Shown: positions 15,449 to 29,159, counted from the stretch's first letter. The stretch is DNA of 64,000 nt from an uncultured Acidobacteriota bacterium (GCA_963822445.1 CAWGHO010000002.1:32001-96000); one strand, 5' to 3'. Numbers and translations: made by a program. The notes: generated by a model from the sequence alone, not told the origin.

Positions 15449-17671
15449 TCACAACAGCTTGTCCGGTGTAATCGGCAACTCCCGAACGCGCCGGCCCGTC
15501 GCATGGAACACCGCGTTGGCGATCGCCGCCGGAATGCCGACCATCCCCAGCTCGCCCATGCCCTTCACCCCGAGTGCATTCACGATCCGGTCGTCCTCCT
15601 CGATGAACTCCGTCTCGATCTGATGGATGTCCGCGTTGACCGGCACGTGGTAGTGCTGGAGGTTAGGATTCATGATCCGGCCGAAGCGGTGATCGATCTC
15701 CGTGGCTTCCGTCAGGGCCATGCCGATGCCCCAGACGATGCCGCCGATCTCCTGGCTGTGCGACGCCTTGGGATTGATGATCTTCCCGCACGCGGACACT
15801 TCGATCGCGCGCGTGACGCGCACGGTGCCCAGGTCGGGATCGACTTTGACCTCGATGAACTGCGCGCCGTGCGCGAGCGATGCGTAGTTCTGTCGCTCCG
15901 GCGAAGGTCGCGACTCGAATGTCTCCGTAATCTCGCCCAAACCGTTCTGCTTCATGACCTCGGCGATGACGCCGAAACGCGAGGGATCCGCTTTGAGCCG
16001 GAGACGGCCATCGAGCATCTCCACCTCCGCTCCGACAGCGCCGCTCAGCGGTGAGTTGAGGTCTTTTCTGGCGAGCGACAGCAATTTCGCGCCGATCGCC
16101 AACGCCGCTCCATGCACCGCCGAGCCGACGCTGGCCGTGGTCCACGACCCGCCTTGCGCCGGAGCGCGCGGAAACCGCGTGTCGCCGATCTCGGAGGTCA
16201 CCTTTTCCGGCCGCAGGCCGAGATATTCGGCGGCGATGATCGTGATCATCGTGTACGTCCCCGGTCCGATGTCGCTGGCTGACGTCATGACGCGCGCCGT
16301 GCCATCCGCGTTCAACGTGACCCGCACCGTGGCCGGCATCATCGACGCACCCCACACACCCGTGGCCATTCCCCAGCCGACGAGCAGGCGTCCATCGCGC
16401 ATGGAGCGCGGCTCGAACTTCCGGTTCTTCCAGCCGAACTTTTCCGCGCCGAGGCGGTAGCACTCGCGGAGCGCTTTGCTCGACCAGGGCTTGCCGCTTT
16501 CGGGATCGAGCTCCGCGTAGTTGATCAGCCGCAGCTCGAGCGGATCGATCTTCACCGCGTACGCCAGCTCGTCCATCGCACATTCGAGGGCGAACATCCC
16601 GCTGACCGCACCCGGCGCGCGCATCCAGGTGGGCGTGTTGAGATCCGTGGGGGCGATCTTCAGCGGCGCGTGAAGATTGGGACAGGCGTAGACCTGCCGC
16701 GTGAAGCCGGTCGTGCTGTCGTTGAAGTCCTCGAACGACGAGGTGTTGTGCACGACCTCGTGAATCATCGAGGCGAGCTTGCCGGATGCGTCCGCGCCGA
16801 GGGCTATCTTCTGAATGGTGTGGGGGCGGTAGCCATGGCCGGTGAACATCTGCGTGCGCGTGTACACGAGCTTCACAGGGCGTTTGAGCTCGCGCGCCGC
16901 CATCGCGGTGAGCGCCGGATAGTAGTTGGGCCGTAAGGAAGATCCGAACGCGCCGCCGACGAATGGGGAGACGACGGTCACGTTTTCCTGGGGGATGCCG
17001 AAGCTCGCGGCGAGGTGGTCGCGAACGCCGTAGACGTTCTGGGTCTTGTCGAAGATCGTGAGCTTCTCCCCCTCCCAGTACGCGACGGCGGCATGCGGCT
17101 CCATCGCATTGTGATGCTCGATGGGGATGCGGTATTCGCCCTCGATCTTCACGGTGGCCGCGCGCATCGCCTCTTCGGCATTCCCTCGCGACGGCGTGGC
17201 TCCGCGGCCGGGAGTGACGGGCACCTTCGCGCTGCCGCGCACGGCCTCCGTGTCCGTTGCGTGCTTTTCGGGGTTGTAGGTGAGCTTGACCAGGCGCGCC
17301 GCGTAACGGGCCTGTTCGTACGATTCGGCGACGACGAGCGCCACCGGTTGGGCATTGAAAAGGATGCGGTCGGATTGCAGCGCGCGGAACGATTTGTCCT
17401 GTTCCGGCGCCGCGCGCGGCGGCGCTTGTTCGACCGGAGGTTTCGGTCCGAACTTCGGCGTGTTGAGATGGGTAAACACGCGGACCACGCCGGACGCTCG
17501 TTCAGCAGCGCTCGTGTCGATCGATTTGATCGAGCCTTTGGCGATGCCTCCGAGCACGACGAATCCGTAAGCGATGTTCGGCGCTCGGAACTCGGCGGCG
17601 TATTTTGCTTTGCCCGTCACTTTGGCCACGCCGTCGACGCGGCTCATTTCTTTTCCGATGTATCGCGGCAT
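15449..17671 (-). CDS. xanthine dehydrogenase-family molybdopterin-binding subunit (PaoC/YagR-like)
   Basis: RVDGVAKVTG, HNAMEP, VGGAFG, MRAPG, DIGPG and KGMGELG. RBS GAGGAGG. Confidence 0.95.
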   Translation of the reverse strand: MPRYIGKEMSRVDGVAKVTGKAKYAAEFRAPNIAYGFVVLGGIAKGSIKSIDTSAAERASGVVRVFTHLNTPKFGPKPPVEQAPPRAAPEQDKSFRALQSDRILFNAQPVALVVAESYEQARYAARLVKLTYNPEKHATDTEAVRGSAKVPVTPGRGATPSRGNAEEAMRAATVKIEGEYRIPIEHHNAMEPHAAVAYWEGEKLTIFDKTQNVYGVRDHLAASFGIPQENVTVVSPFVGGAFGSSLRPNYYPALTAMAARELKRPVKLVYTRTQMFTGHGYRPHTIQKIALGADASGKLASMIHEVVHNTSSFEDFNDSTTGFTRQVYACPNLHAPLKIAPTDLNTPTWMRAPGAVSGMFALECAMDELAYAVKIDPLELRLINYAELDPESGKPWSSKALRECYRLGAEKFGWKNRKFEPRSMRDGRLLVGWGMATGVWGASMMPATVRVTLNADGTARVMTSASDIGPGTYTMITIIAAEYLGLRPEKVTSEIGDTRFPRAPAQGGSWTTASVGSAVHGAALAIGAKLLSLARKDLNSPLSGAVGAEVEMLDGRLRLKADPSRFGVIAEVMKQNGLGEITETFESRPSPERQNYASLAHGAQFIEVKVDPDLGTVRVTRAIEVSACGKIINPKASHSQEIGGIVWGIGMALTEATEIDHRFGRIMNPNLQHYHVPVNADIHQIETEFIEEDDRIVNALGVKGMGELGMVGIPAAIANAVFHATGRRVRELPITPDKLL

Positions 17672-17697
17672 CGCGTGCCTCCTCCTCAGCGGACGAC

Positions 17698-17874
17698 AGA
17701 GAGAACGACGAGGGGCCTCCGGCGGCCGGGGCCGCGGGCCCCGGACCCCGCTGACAGGCCAAGCCTCCGCGCTACAGAGTCTTGTTTTGCACGAGTGTCG
17801 AGCAGGAGGCTTGGCCTGCCAGACGGGTCCGGGCCCGTGGGCCCGGCCGCCGGAGGCCTCCCGTCGTTCTCTCT
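17698..17874. repeat. imperfect palindrome of about 177 bp (REPIN/MITE-like) inside the pao operon
   Basis: Ends agagagaacgacg and cgtcgttctctct, inner arms caggccaagcctcc and ggaggcttggcctg. Related to the IS110 target palindrome. Confidence 0.85.
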
Positions 17875-17882
17875 CCGGCGGC

Positions 17883-18872
17883 TCATGATGAAACCCCGCT
17901 CGCACGCAGGAGCGCGCGGACGATCGCTCGTTTCGCAAGCTCGACTTTGTACGCGTTGTGCGCGAGCGGCTTCGCATCCCGCATCGCAACCTCGGCCGCA
18001 CGCTGGAAGCTCTCCTGTGACGCGGGTTGTCCCGCGAGAGCCGCTTCGGCTTCGCGGCTGCGCCACGGTTTGTGGGCGACTCCGCCGAGGACGACGCGGG
18101 CGTTGCGAATCGTTGCGCCGTCGAGATCGACCGCCGCCGCCACCGCGACGAGTGCAAATGCGTACGACGCGCGATCGCGAACCTTCAGGTAGTACGCGTT
18201 TTTTGTGAACGTCGACCTGGGCAGCTCGATGGCCACGATGAGATCGCCGTGCTCGAGGTTCGTGTCGCGCTGCGGCGTCTCGCCGGGCAGGCGATGGAAC
18301 TCGTCGATGGGGATCGTGCGCTCGCGTCCATTCGCAGCGCGAATGCGGATGACCGCTTCGTGCGCATACAGCGCGTTGGCCATGTCGCCGGGATACGTGG
18401 CGACGCATGCCTCGCTCCAGCCGAAGATCGCGTGAATGCGATTGAGACCTTCGCGTGCGCCGCAGCCCGTGCCGGGATCGCGCTTGTTGCACGGCATGGC
18501 CGTGTCGTAGAAGTACTGGCAGCGCGTGCGCTGCAGGAGATTGCCGCCGTTCGTGGCCATGTTGCGCAATTGCGCGGAGGCACCGGCCACGATGGCCTGC
18601 GACACGAGCGGATAGTTGCTGCGGATGAGCGGGTGGTTGGCGGTGATGGTATTCGTCGCCAGCGCGCCGATGGAAACGCCGCCGCGTAATGGTTTGATCT
18701 CCGCGAGCTGCAACCGCGTGACGTCGACGAGTTGCGTCGGCCGCTCGACGTCCTCTTTCATCAGATCGAGGATGTTCGTTCCGCCCGCGAGGAACTTCGC
18801 CTGAGGGTTTGCGCCGACTGCCCGGGCCGCGGCGTTCGCGTCTCTGGCGCGTACGTACTCAAACGGTCTCAT
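17883..18872 (-). CDS. xanthine dehydrogenase-family FAD-binding subunit (PaoB/YagS-like)
   Basis: AGGTN, GASAQLRNMATNGGN, RC...CNKR..G.GC 4Fe-4S insert and KVRDRASYAFA. Confidence 0.95.
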   Translation of the reverse strand: MRPFEYVRARDANAAARAVGANPQAKFLAGGTNILDLMKEDVERPTQLVDVTRLQLAEIKPLRGGVSIGALATNTITANHPLIRSNYPLVSQAIVAGASAQLRNMATNGGNLLQRTRCQYFYDTAMPCNKRDPGTGCGAREGLNRIHAIFGWSEACVATYPGDMANALYAHEAVIRIRAANGRERTIPIDEFHRLPGETPQRDTNLEHGDLIVAIELPRSTFTKNAYYLKVRDRASYAFALVAVAAAVDLDGATIRNARVVLGGVAHKPWRSREAEAALAGQPASQESFQRAAEVAMRDAKPLAHNAYKVELAKRAIVRALLRASGVSS

Positions 18873-19677
18873 AGCCATCCTCCCTTCTGACGCGCGCAAG
18901 CCGCTCTTCATCGACGAACCGCCATGTGTGCTTCGTTTCCCGTCCCGAATGGACTTCCTGAATGGCGGCGACGATGCCGGGATAGGCGCCGCAGCGGCAG
19001 ATGTTGCCGCTCATGCGCTCGCGGATCTGGCCGTCGGTGAGCTGCGTAGTGGTCGCGTTGACGTCTTCCGTCACGTGACTGATGTCGCCGCGCCGCGCTT
19101 CGTCGAGGAGGGCAACGGCGGAACAGATCTGGCCGGGCGTGCAGTAGCCGCACTGGAAGGCGTCGTACTTGATGAACGCCGCCTGCATCGGATGGAGCTG
19201 ATCGTTCTTCGCCAGTCCTTCGACGGTCGTGACCTCTTTCCCTTCGACCGTGGCGGCGAGGGTGAGACACGACAGCACGCGGCGGCCGTCGACGATGACC
19301 GTGCACGCGCCGCACTGGCCCTGATCGCAGCCTTTCTTGGAGCCGGTGAGCTCCAGCCGTTCGCGCAGAGCGTCGAGCAGCACGACACGCGAGTCGAGCT
19401 CGAGGGTCTTCGCCGCGCCGTTGACCTTGAATGCGACTTTGACGAGGTTCTGGCCGGCGGCTCCGGTCGCGGTAACGGCATCGGACGCAGGAGCGAGTGC
19501 CGCCAGCGCTTCCTGCTGCGCGAGCAGGTCGAGCGCGAAGAGTCCGAGGCTGCCGGCGATGGTGGTACCGAGGAAGGTGCGGCGGGTGTGGCCGCCGATG
19601 TCCACCAGCTCGGGCATTTCGTCGAGCAATGCCTTCTCGTCGTCACTCAATGCGTCGTCATCGAGCTCATCGCTCAT
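18859..19677 (-). CDS. (2Fe-2S)-binding subunit with Tat-like signal (PaoA/YagT-like)
   Basis: TRRTFL, GCDQGQCGAC, QCGYC and CRC. RBS AGGAGG. Confidence 0.93.
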   Translation of the reverse strand: MSDELDDDALSDDEKALLDEMPELVDIGGHTRRTFLGTTIAGSLGLFALDLLAQQEALAALAPASDAVTATGAAGQNLVKVAFKVNGAAKTLELDSRVVLLDALRERLELTGSKKGCDQGQCGACTVIVDGRRVLSCLTLAATVEGKEVTTVEGLAKNDQLHPMQAAFIKYDAFQCGYCTPGQICSAVALLDEARRGDISHVTEDVNATTTQLTDGQIRERMSGNICRCGAYPGIVAAIQEVHSGRETKHTWRFVDEERLARVRREDGYETV

Positions 19678-19909
19678 CGCATCCTCCTGCTCTGCTTCGC
19701 CCAGAAGCGCACTGCGTCCTGAATCCATCCTTCCGCTTTCGTACCGGCACCGACGCCAAACCCGTGCCGATGTCCGGGCCCCATCCTGCCTACACAAGGG
19801 CCAGTTCCACGCGAGGCCGGCGAAACGAACGGCCGAGTCGAGCGGCGGGATGAGTCGCCAGCTCCGTAGTAAGGTAGCGTTGGATCCGGCGAGCGCACAC
19901 GCGTCACTG

Positions 19910-21697
19910 ATGCGACGAACTTCTCCCGTTCTCATCCTTTTCGTTTTTCTGGCCTGTTCCACGCGGGAGCAGGCCGGAAAGCCGCCCATCGTTCTCATCT
20001 CGGTCGACACGCTCCGATCGGACCGGCTTCCAATCTACGGCCATGGCCAGGTGGCCACGCCACACATCGACGCGTTGCGGGGCGATGGCGTTTTGTACGA
20101 ACGGGCCTACAGCCATGCGCCTCTCACGCTGCCGGCCCACGTCTCGATGTTTACCGGCCTGCTGCCGGCCGCCCATGGAGTGCGCAACAACATCGGCTAT
20201 CAGCTCCACGGGACGAAGGTCCGAACGCTCGCCAGTGTGCTGCGCGAGAACGGCTATCGCACCGGGGCGGCGGTGTCGTCCTATGTCCTTCGCGCGGAGA
20301 GCGGGCTGGCCAATGGATTCGACGTCTACGACGACGACATCCCTTACAGCGCCACGGCAGCGACGGCTGAAAATCAACGAGCCGGATCGGAGACGGTGAA
20401 ACGTGCCCAGTCGTTTCTGCAGTCGGCCGGCGCGGCGCCGGCCTTTCTCTTCTTTCACATCTATGAGCCGCACGCTCCGTACACGCCGCCCGAACCGTTC
20501 CGCAGCCGCTACTCCGATCCTTACGACGGAGAGATCGCCGCATCAGACGCCATCGTCGGGGAGTTGATCGCCACGTTGAAGACGGCCGGCCTCTACGACG
20601 AGGCCCTGATCGTCTTCACCTCCGATCATGGCGAGGCCCTCTGGGAGCACGGCGAAGAACAGCACGGGATCCTGCTGTATCGCGAAGTGCTGCAGGTGCC
20701 GATGGTGATCAAGCTCCCGGGATCGGAGCGCGCCGGCTCCACCATCGCGCAACCCTTCGCGCTCAGCGACGTCTTCCACACGGTCCTCGATGCAGCGGGC
20801 ATTGTCCGGCGGAAGGGCGAGGCACCCCGCCCCATCTACGCCGAGACGTTCTATCCGCGCATCCATCTCGGCTGGAGCGAGCTCCGGTCGATGATCGACG
20901 GCCGGTATCACTACATCGAGAGCTCCAATCCCGAGCTGTACGATCTCGAGCGCGATCCGAAGGAGACTACGAATCTCGTCGCCACGGAGCGGCGGATTGC
21001 CGCGGCCATGCGCCGCGAGCTCGCCGCGATTCCCGCCGGGGATGTCGCGCTGGGCGCCATCGATCCGGAGGCGGCGAAGAAGCTCGCTGCGCTCGGTTAC
21101 ATCGGTACGCCGCAAAACCGGAGCGGACCGCTGCCGAATCCGCGCGAAGAGATTCACGTGTTACGCGATTTGAAGGCCGCCTTTCAGCTCGCTGCGCAGA
21201 ATCGCACTGAAGAGGCGATCGCCTCGCTGCGTGCACTGTTGAAAGCCAACCCGAAGCTGACCGACGCATCCACGCGCCTCGGCGAAGTGTTGCTGGCCAG
21301 TGGACGCCCGCGCGAAGCCGTCGAAGTGTACAAGTCCGCCATGGCTAACGCGGAGAGGTTCTCGACCGATCTGGCAATGGCACTGGCCGTGGCGCAGCGC
21401 GCCGCGGGCCAGTACGAGGACGCGCTCGAGACGCTCGATCACGCCGGATCCGCGGAAGGGGCCGACTTCGCGCGGGGAGATCTCTATGCGCGCACGGACC
21501 GGCCCGAAGAGGCGATCGCCGCCTACCGCCGCGACATCGCCCGCCGTCCGCACCACCTTCAGTCCTACGCGAATCTCGCCATCGTCTACACGATCCTCGG
21601 CCGCACGACCGACGCGAACGCGACGCTGGAAGAAATGATGCGAAAGAATCCAGGCAGCGAGTCGCGCGCCGTGGCGGACCGGGTGCGGAACCCGTAG
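19910..21697 (+). CDS. sulfatase-like hydrolase/transferase lipoprotein with C-terminal TPRs
   Basis: Lipobox FLAC, SVDTLRSD, PLTLPAH (Thr nucleophile position), YEPH, SDHGE and helical repeats. Confidence 0.88.
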   Translation: MRRTSPVLILFVFLACSTREQAGKPPIVLISVDTLRSDRLPIYGHGQVATPHIDALRGDGVLYERAYSHAPLTLPAHVSMFTGLLPAAHGVRNNIGYQLHGTKVRTLASVLRENGYRTGAAVSSYVLRAESGLANGFDVYDDDIPYSATAATAENQRAGSETVKRAQSFLQSAGAAPAFLFFHIYEPHAPYTPPEPFRSRYSDPYDGEIAASDAIVGELIATLKTAGLYDEALIVFTSDHGEALWEHGEEQHGILLYREVLQVPMVIKLPGSERAGSTIAQPFALSDVFHTVLDAAGIVRRKGEAPRPIYAETFYPRIHLGWSELRSMIDGRYHYIESSNPELYDLERDPKETTNLVATERRIAAAMRRELAAIPAGDVALGAIDPEAAKKLAALGYIGTPQNRSGPLPNPREEIHVLRDLKAAFQLAAQNRTEEAIASLRALLKANPKLTDASTRLGEVLLASGRPREAVEVYKSAMANAERFSTDLAMALAVAQRAAGQYEDALETLDHAGSAEGADFARGDLYARTDRPEEAIAAYRRDIARRPHHLQSYANLAIVYTILGRTTDANATLEEMMRKNPGSESRAVADRVRNP

Positions 21698-21741
21698 TTG
21701 GGGGAACGCAAAGTTTGCTTTTCGACGATGCGTCTGCTGGC

Positions 21742-22002
21742 CTAGCCTTCACTCTTCCAAGTGCTAAGTTCGCGTTTCAAGCGCCTTACCACGTTCCAAG
21801 CATCCTGCAGTTCATCTTTGCCATGCCGTACAAGCACAATGAGACAGTCACCTAAGATACTAAACTCGTGGAGCAGACCGAGGAGGATCGCAATCGTCAT
21901 GAATAGACCGAGGAAAGCGGCAATAAAGGGATGATCGCTTGCGGCTCCAATGACTTTCGCGATGTCGAGGGAAAGGAAGTCGCTTTGAATGCCGCGTTCC
22001 AT
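21742..22002 (-). CDS. small hypothetical membrane protein (lower GC)
   Basis: GGAGG RBS before ATG 22002 and one long hydrophobic segment. Confidence 0.5.
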   Translation of the reverse strand: MERGIQSDFLSLDIAKVIGAASDHPFIAAFLGLFMTIAILLGLLHEFSILGDCLIVLVRHGKDELQDAWNVVRRLKRELSTWKSEG

Positions 22003-22292
22003 CGTTACCTCCCGGTGAAAGCTTTCAAAAGGTTTCCGAAGCTTTCTGTAGGAGACCAATGGAGCAATATGAACCTCGGCTCATGAATTACGAGTGTCAA
22101 GCGTTTGATAGCCAGCCACGCGTTCACATTCAGAACGTCGACTGGCAATCTCTGCGCGACATTAGGTCAACCAGTAGAACGACTTACCCTCGCTCTCGTC
22201 ATTCGTGCAGGACCTTCAGCACATTGAACCTGCTGTCGCGCGACGCGAGACATGTAACGAATTGTTCATTGCTCCGAGGGCCACGCTCGACG

Positions 22293-22434
22293 GACCAGCT
22301 AGTGCGCAGGCGCTCGAAAGCAATGTCGGCGGGCCGTTTGCCGCGCCCGGCGCTGAAGCGCCTCGTTCGGGGTGAATGGGCCGGCACCCGCTCGCACGTG
22401 GGCCTCGCCGCAGCTCAGGCGATAGACGTTAGAC
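22293..22434 (+). other. attC-like site, degenerate left arm
   Basis: Ends ...cgcagctcaggcgatagacGTTAGAC. It is an inverted near-copy of 22870-22976. Confidence 0.55.
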
Positions 22435-22593
22435 GGACAAACCAACTCCGCTCAGCGCACGGTCTCCATGAAGCTCCGCGTACTAGCGCGTCGCTAAGAT
22501 CTGCGAGCATTCCGATGGGCGGCGGGCGCTTTCGATCCCCAGCCGACAGAATCCGGGGAACGGTCTGGCTCGCCGAATGACCGGCTCATTGGC

Positions 22594-22875
22594 ATGGCTG
22601 AGAGCGAAACTGCCCACAGCGTGCGAATCGCGTTAGAGGCGAGTCGAGCTGAATTTCATCAACTTCTGGATGCAATCGCTTGGGAGGCCTGGTCCCGTCC
22701 CAGCAAGAATCGTAGCTGGACAAACGGTCAACTCTTGTTCCACATCGCTCACGGCTTCTTTCTCGTTGTGCCGCTCATCGTAGTCATGTGTGTCTTCGCC
22801 GCCTTGCCGTCTGGTGCCTGCAAGGTATTCGCAGTTTGCTCGTCGCACCGAACAGTGGGTTGGCGCGCCGTCTAA
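22594..22875 (+). pseudogene. truncated DinB-like protein
   Basis: EFHQLLDAI...W.RPS...WTNGQLLFHI. Ends at the attC box. Confidence 0.55.
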
Positions 22876-22976
22876 CGTCTATCGCCTGAGCTGCGGCGAG
22901 GCCTCGCGTGCGAGCGGATGCGCGGCGCGGCGGGTGCGGCAAACGGCCCGCCGACAGCGCCTGGCAGTAGTTAGGC
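22870..22976 (-). other. integron attC-like recombination site
   Basis: On the minus strand: GCCTAAC...GTTAGAC (RYYYAAC/GTTRRRY) with inner inverted arms and extra unpaired bases in the left arm, 14 nt after the methyltransferase stop. Confidence 0.7.
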
Positions 22977-22990
22977 GCACCGCACTGGAA

Positions 22991-23923
22991 TTAATCGATC
23001 CGCCAGCAATAGATCGTATCGTCAAACTCGCCAACTTGAGCGTCAGGCACCCAATCTCCCATCGGAAATCGACGTGAAACGACACGGGCACCCGGCCGCA
23101 GCTCACGGCGTAGCCGTTCCCGCAGTGTCATGTTTATGTGGCCCAACAAGTACATCGTCACAACGGTAGCCTCGGACAGGCTCACGTCGAGAATATCGGC
23201 GCGCAGAAATTTCACGAGATGTGAAACATTCGCTTCCTCGGCAGCGCGCTTTCCGGTTTCGACATTTTCAGGATTCAGGTCGACACCTATACCGTGACAG
23301 CCATACAGACAGGCTGCGGCAACCACAATGCGACCATCACCCGACCCAAGATCCATGACGGTGTCGGCACGGTGAACGCCAGCCAGCCCCAACATCGTTT
23401 CGACGACTCTGGTCGGTGTTTCTGCATACGGTGCGTCCAGGCAGAAACCATAACCGGGGAAAGGATGGACGGGCATGTCGAAAGGAGCGTCATCCTTGAC
23501 GATGGCGAGAAGCTCTGGGTGATTCAGTGAGCCGTTTTCGCCGAGAAGGTTTTGCCACTCCTTCTCAACCATGGCGGGCTCAGGGTGATACCAGCAATTG
23601 GGGTGACTGTAGGCTCGTAAACTCAGAATGCGGTCATCTAGAGATGTCTGCGGGTTATTCAGGTGTTCACGAATATGAAACCGTTGAGTGAAGTCGGGGC
23701 CAAAACTAAGACAGAAAAGGACGTATTCGGCCACTGCGCCGGGTGAAGTCAGTCCCCACGACAGCGCTTTCGCTACGCCAACCTGAATCCTTCGACAAAG
23801 GACCGGGTCATCGAGCCCGCCAACTCCTTCGGCCGAGACGCTGCGGCAACGGTGAACCAAAGCGGATACGAAATGATCACTGCATCCGAGACATCGGGTC
23901 CCGTGATAGCGCTCGTCAGTCAC
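22991..23923 (-). CDS. class I SAM-dependent methyltransferase with extra N-terminal helical domain
   Basis: PY..TP..VV..ML, DLGSGDGR, VVTMYL and ELRPGARVVS..F. Confidence 0.85.
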   Translation of the reverse strand: MTDERYHGTRCLGCSDHFVSALVHRCRSVSAEGVGGLDDPVLCRRIQVGVAKALSWGLTSPGAVAEYVLFCLSFGPDFTQRFHIREHLNNPQTSLDDRILSLRAYSHPNCWYHPEPAMVEKEWQNLLGENGSLNHPELLAIVKDDAPFDMPVHPFPGYGFCLDAPYAETPTRVVETMLGLAGVHRADTVMDLGSGDGRIVVAAACLYGCHGIGVDLNPENVETGKRAAEEANVSHLVKFLRADILDVSLSEATVVTMYLLGHINMTLRERLRRELRPGARVVSRRFPMGDWVPDAQVGEFDDTIYCWRID

Positions 23924-23945
23924 GGGTTCAGTTTATCGGCATGCG

Positions 23946-23980
23946 GGGCCTCGCTGAAGCTTAGGCGATAGGCGTTGGGG
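23946..23980 (+). other. degenerate attC right arm (third copy)
   Basis: gggcctcgctgaagcttaggcgataggcgttgggg aligns without gaps to gggcctcgccgcagctcaggcgatagacgttagac. Confidence 0.45.
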
Positions 23981-24003
23981 CGGGCCTGAAAGCCCGCCCC
24001 AAC
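23974..24003. terminator. 12-bp hairpin downstream of the TonB-dependent receptor (REP-like or terminator)
   Basis: gttggggcgggc-ctgaaa-gcccgccccaac. Confidence 0.6.
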
Positions 24004-24012
24004 TCGCGAGGT

Positions 24013-28101
<4,089 letters not shown>

Positions 28102-28257
28102 TCAGTTCGTGCAGAAGGCCTACTACATTGAAGCGACACTCACGACCAGCTCGATCGAACCGTTCAGCGCGGCCGGAATCGCGGCCATTCAGCTGAGCGC
28201 GACACCGTGCCCGTAACGCAGGGGGTGGCGTCTCCTGAAGACGCCACCGCGCCGCTG

Positions 28258-29085
28258 TCACCTCAGACGTTGCGCGATCGCCATCGACAGACCCATTCCG
28301 AGCCACCATCCCATCGGAAAACTCATACCCAGGCCGACCAGCGGGACCGGGAACCATCCGAAGAACGGAGCGATGGATACAGCGACGAAGTACGCTGAGA
28401 GCGCAACTGCTCCGTCCCGTGAAAACAACAGCGGCGTGAGAGCGGCGGCGGTGAGCGCGAGACCAGCGATCAACGCAAGGAACGGCGACACAGCGGCGCA
28501 CATCGTGAAGATCTGCTCGACTTCAGGTGTGGGCTGCAGCGGATCGGGCCGCATCCAACCGGCGATTGCGAAAAGAACCGCGCCGAGGATGGCGAACGCT
28601 CTCACGTATCGCGTCAGATTCGATCGCAGCAGGAGAAAGGAGAGGGCGACCGCGAACGCCATGAGCTGCGAGGCGTCGGGCTGCGCCAGCAAAACACTTG
28701 CTGTGACCACCGCGACGACGACTCCGATCGGACGCGAAACACCCATCGCGGCGAGCCCGACGATCAAAGCCGGCAGGACTAAGGCCGCGACGTTGATGTG
28801 CAGAGGACCGACATCGAGCCATCTGTGCACGCCTTCGGTGCCTGCGGCGAACAAGGTTGCGATCAACGCCGCTGCCCCCACGATCACCGCTCCGATCGAC
28901 GCGCTTCGTGGTTCCGCGTAGCGTGCAAGCACGGCGGCGAGACCGCCGCCAACCACCCAGGCCACCACGCTTCGCAACCAGGATGACGGTGCCACGCCCG
29001 CTTCGGCCATGGCCACGCAGCCAGCGGCGATCGCTGTGAGAGACGCCACAGCACAGATCACCATCGACCGTGTGGGGTCACGCAT
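28258..29085 (-). CDS. polytopic membrane protein, short FtsW/RodA/SpoVE-like
   Basis: EGVHRWLDVGP and LLAQPD motifs, multiple TM segments. RBS GAGGAGG. Confidence 0.7.
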   Translation of the reverse strand: MRDPTRSMVICAVASLTAIAAGCVAMAEAGVAPSSWLRSVVAWVVGGGLAAVLARYAEPRSASIGAVIVGAAALIATLFAAGTEGVHRWLDVGPLHINVAALVLPALIVGLAAMGVSRPIGVVVAVVTASVLLAQPDASQLMAFAVALSFLLLRSNLTRYVRAFAILGAVLFAIAGWMRPDPLQPTPEVEQIFTMCAAVSPFLALIAGLALTAAALTPLLFSRDGAVALSAYFVAVSIAPFFGWFPVPLVGLGMSFPMGWWLGMGLSMAIAQRLR

Positions 29086-29139
29086 CAGCCCCTCCTCATC
29101 ACCCAGTTGCAGCGTATCAGGAGAGGAGGAGGCAGGATC

Positions 29140-29153
29140 TGGAGCGGGCGACG
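29140..29153 (-). repeat. att-like direct repeat of the tRNA-Gly 3' end
   Basis: tggagcgggcgacg is identical to 36177-36190 and ends exactly at the CCA. Confidence 0.65.
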
Positions 29154-29159
29154 AGGAGC

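Noticed and set aside
17672-18157. N-terminal extension of the 902-aa molybdopterin subunit ORF
   Set aside because: It crosses the palindrome and the upstream gene. A strong RBS precedes ATG 17671.
22059-22580. 173-aa ORF
   Set aside because: It runs through an attC-like repeat and has no recognisable motifs.
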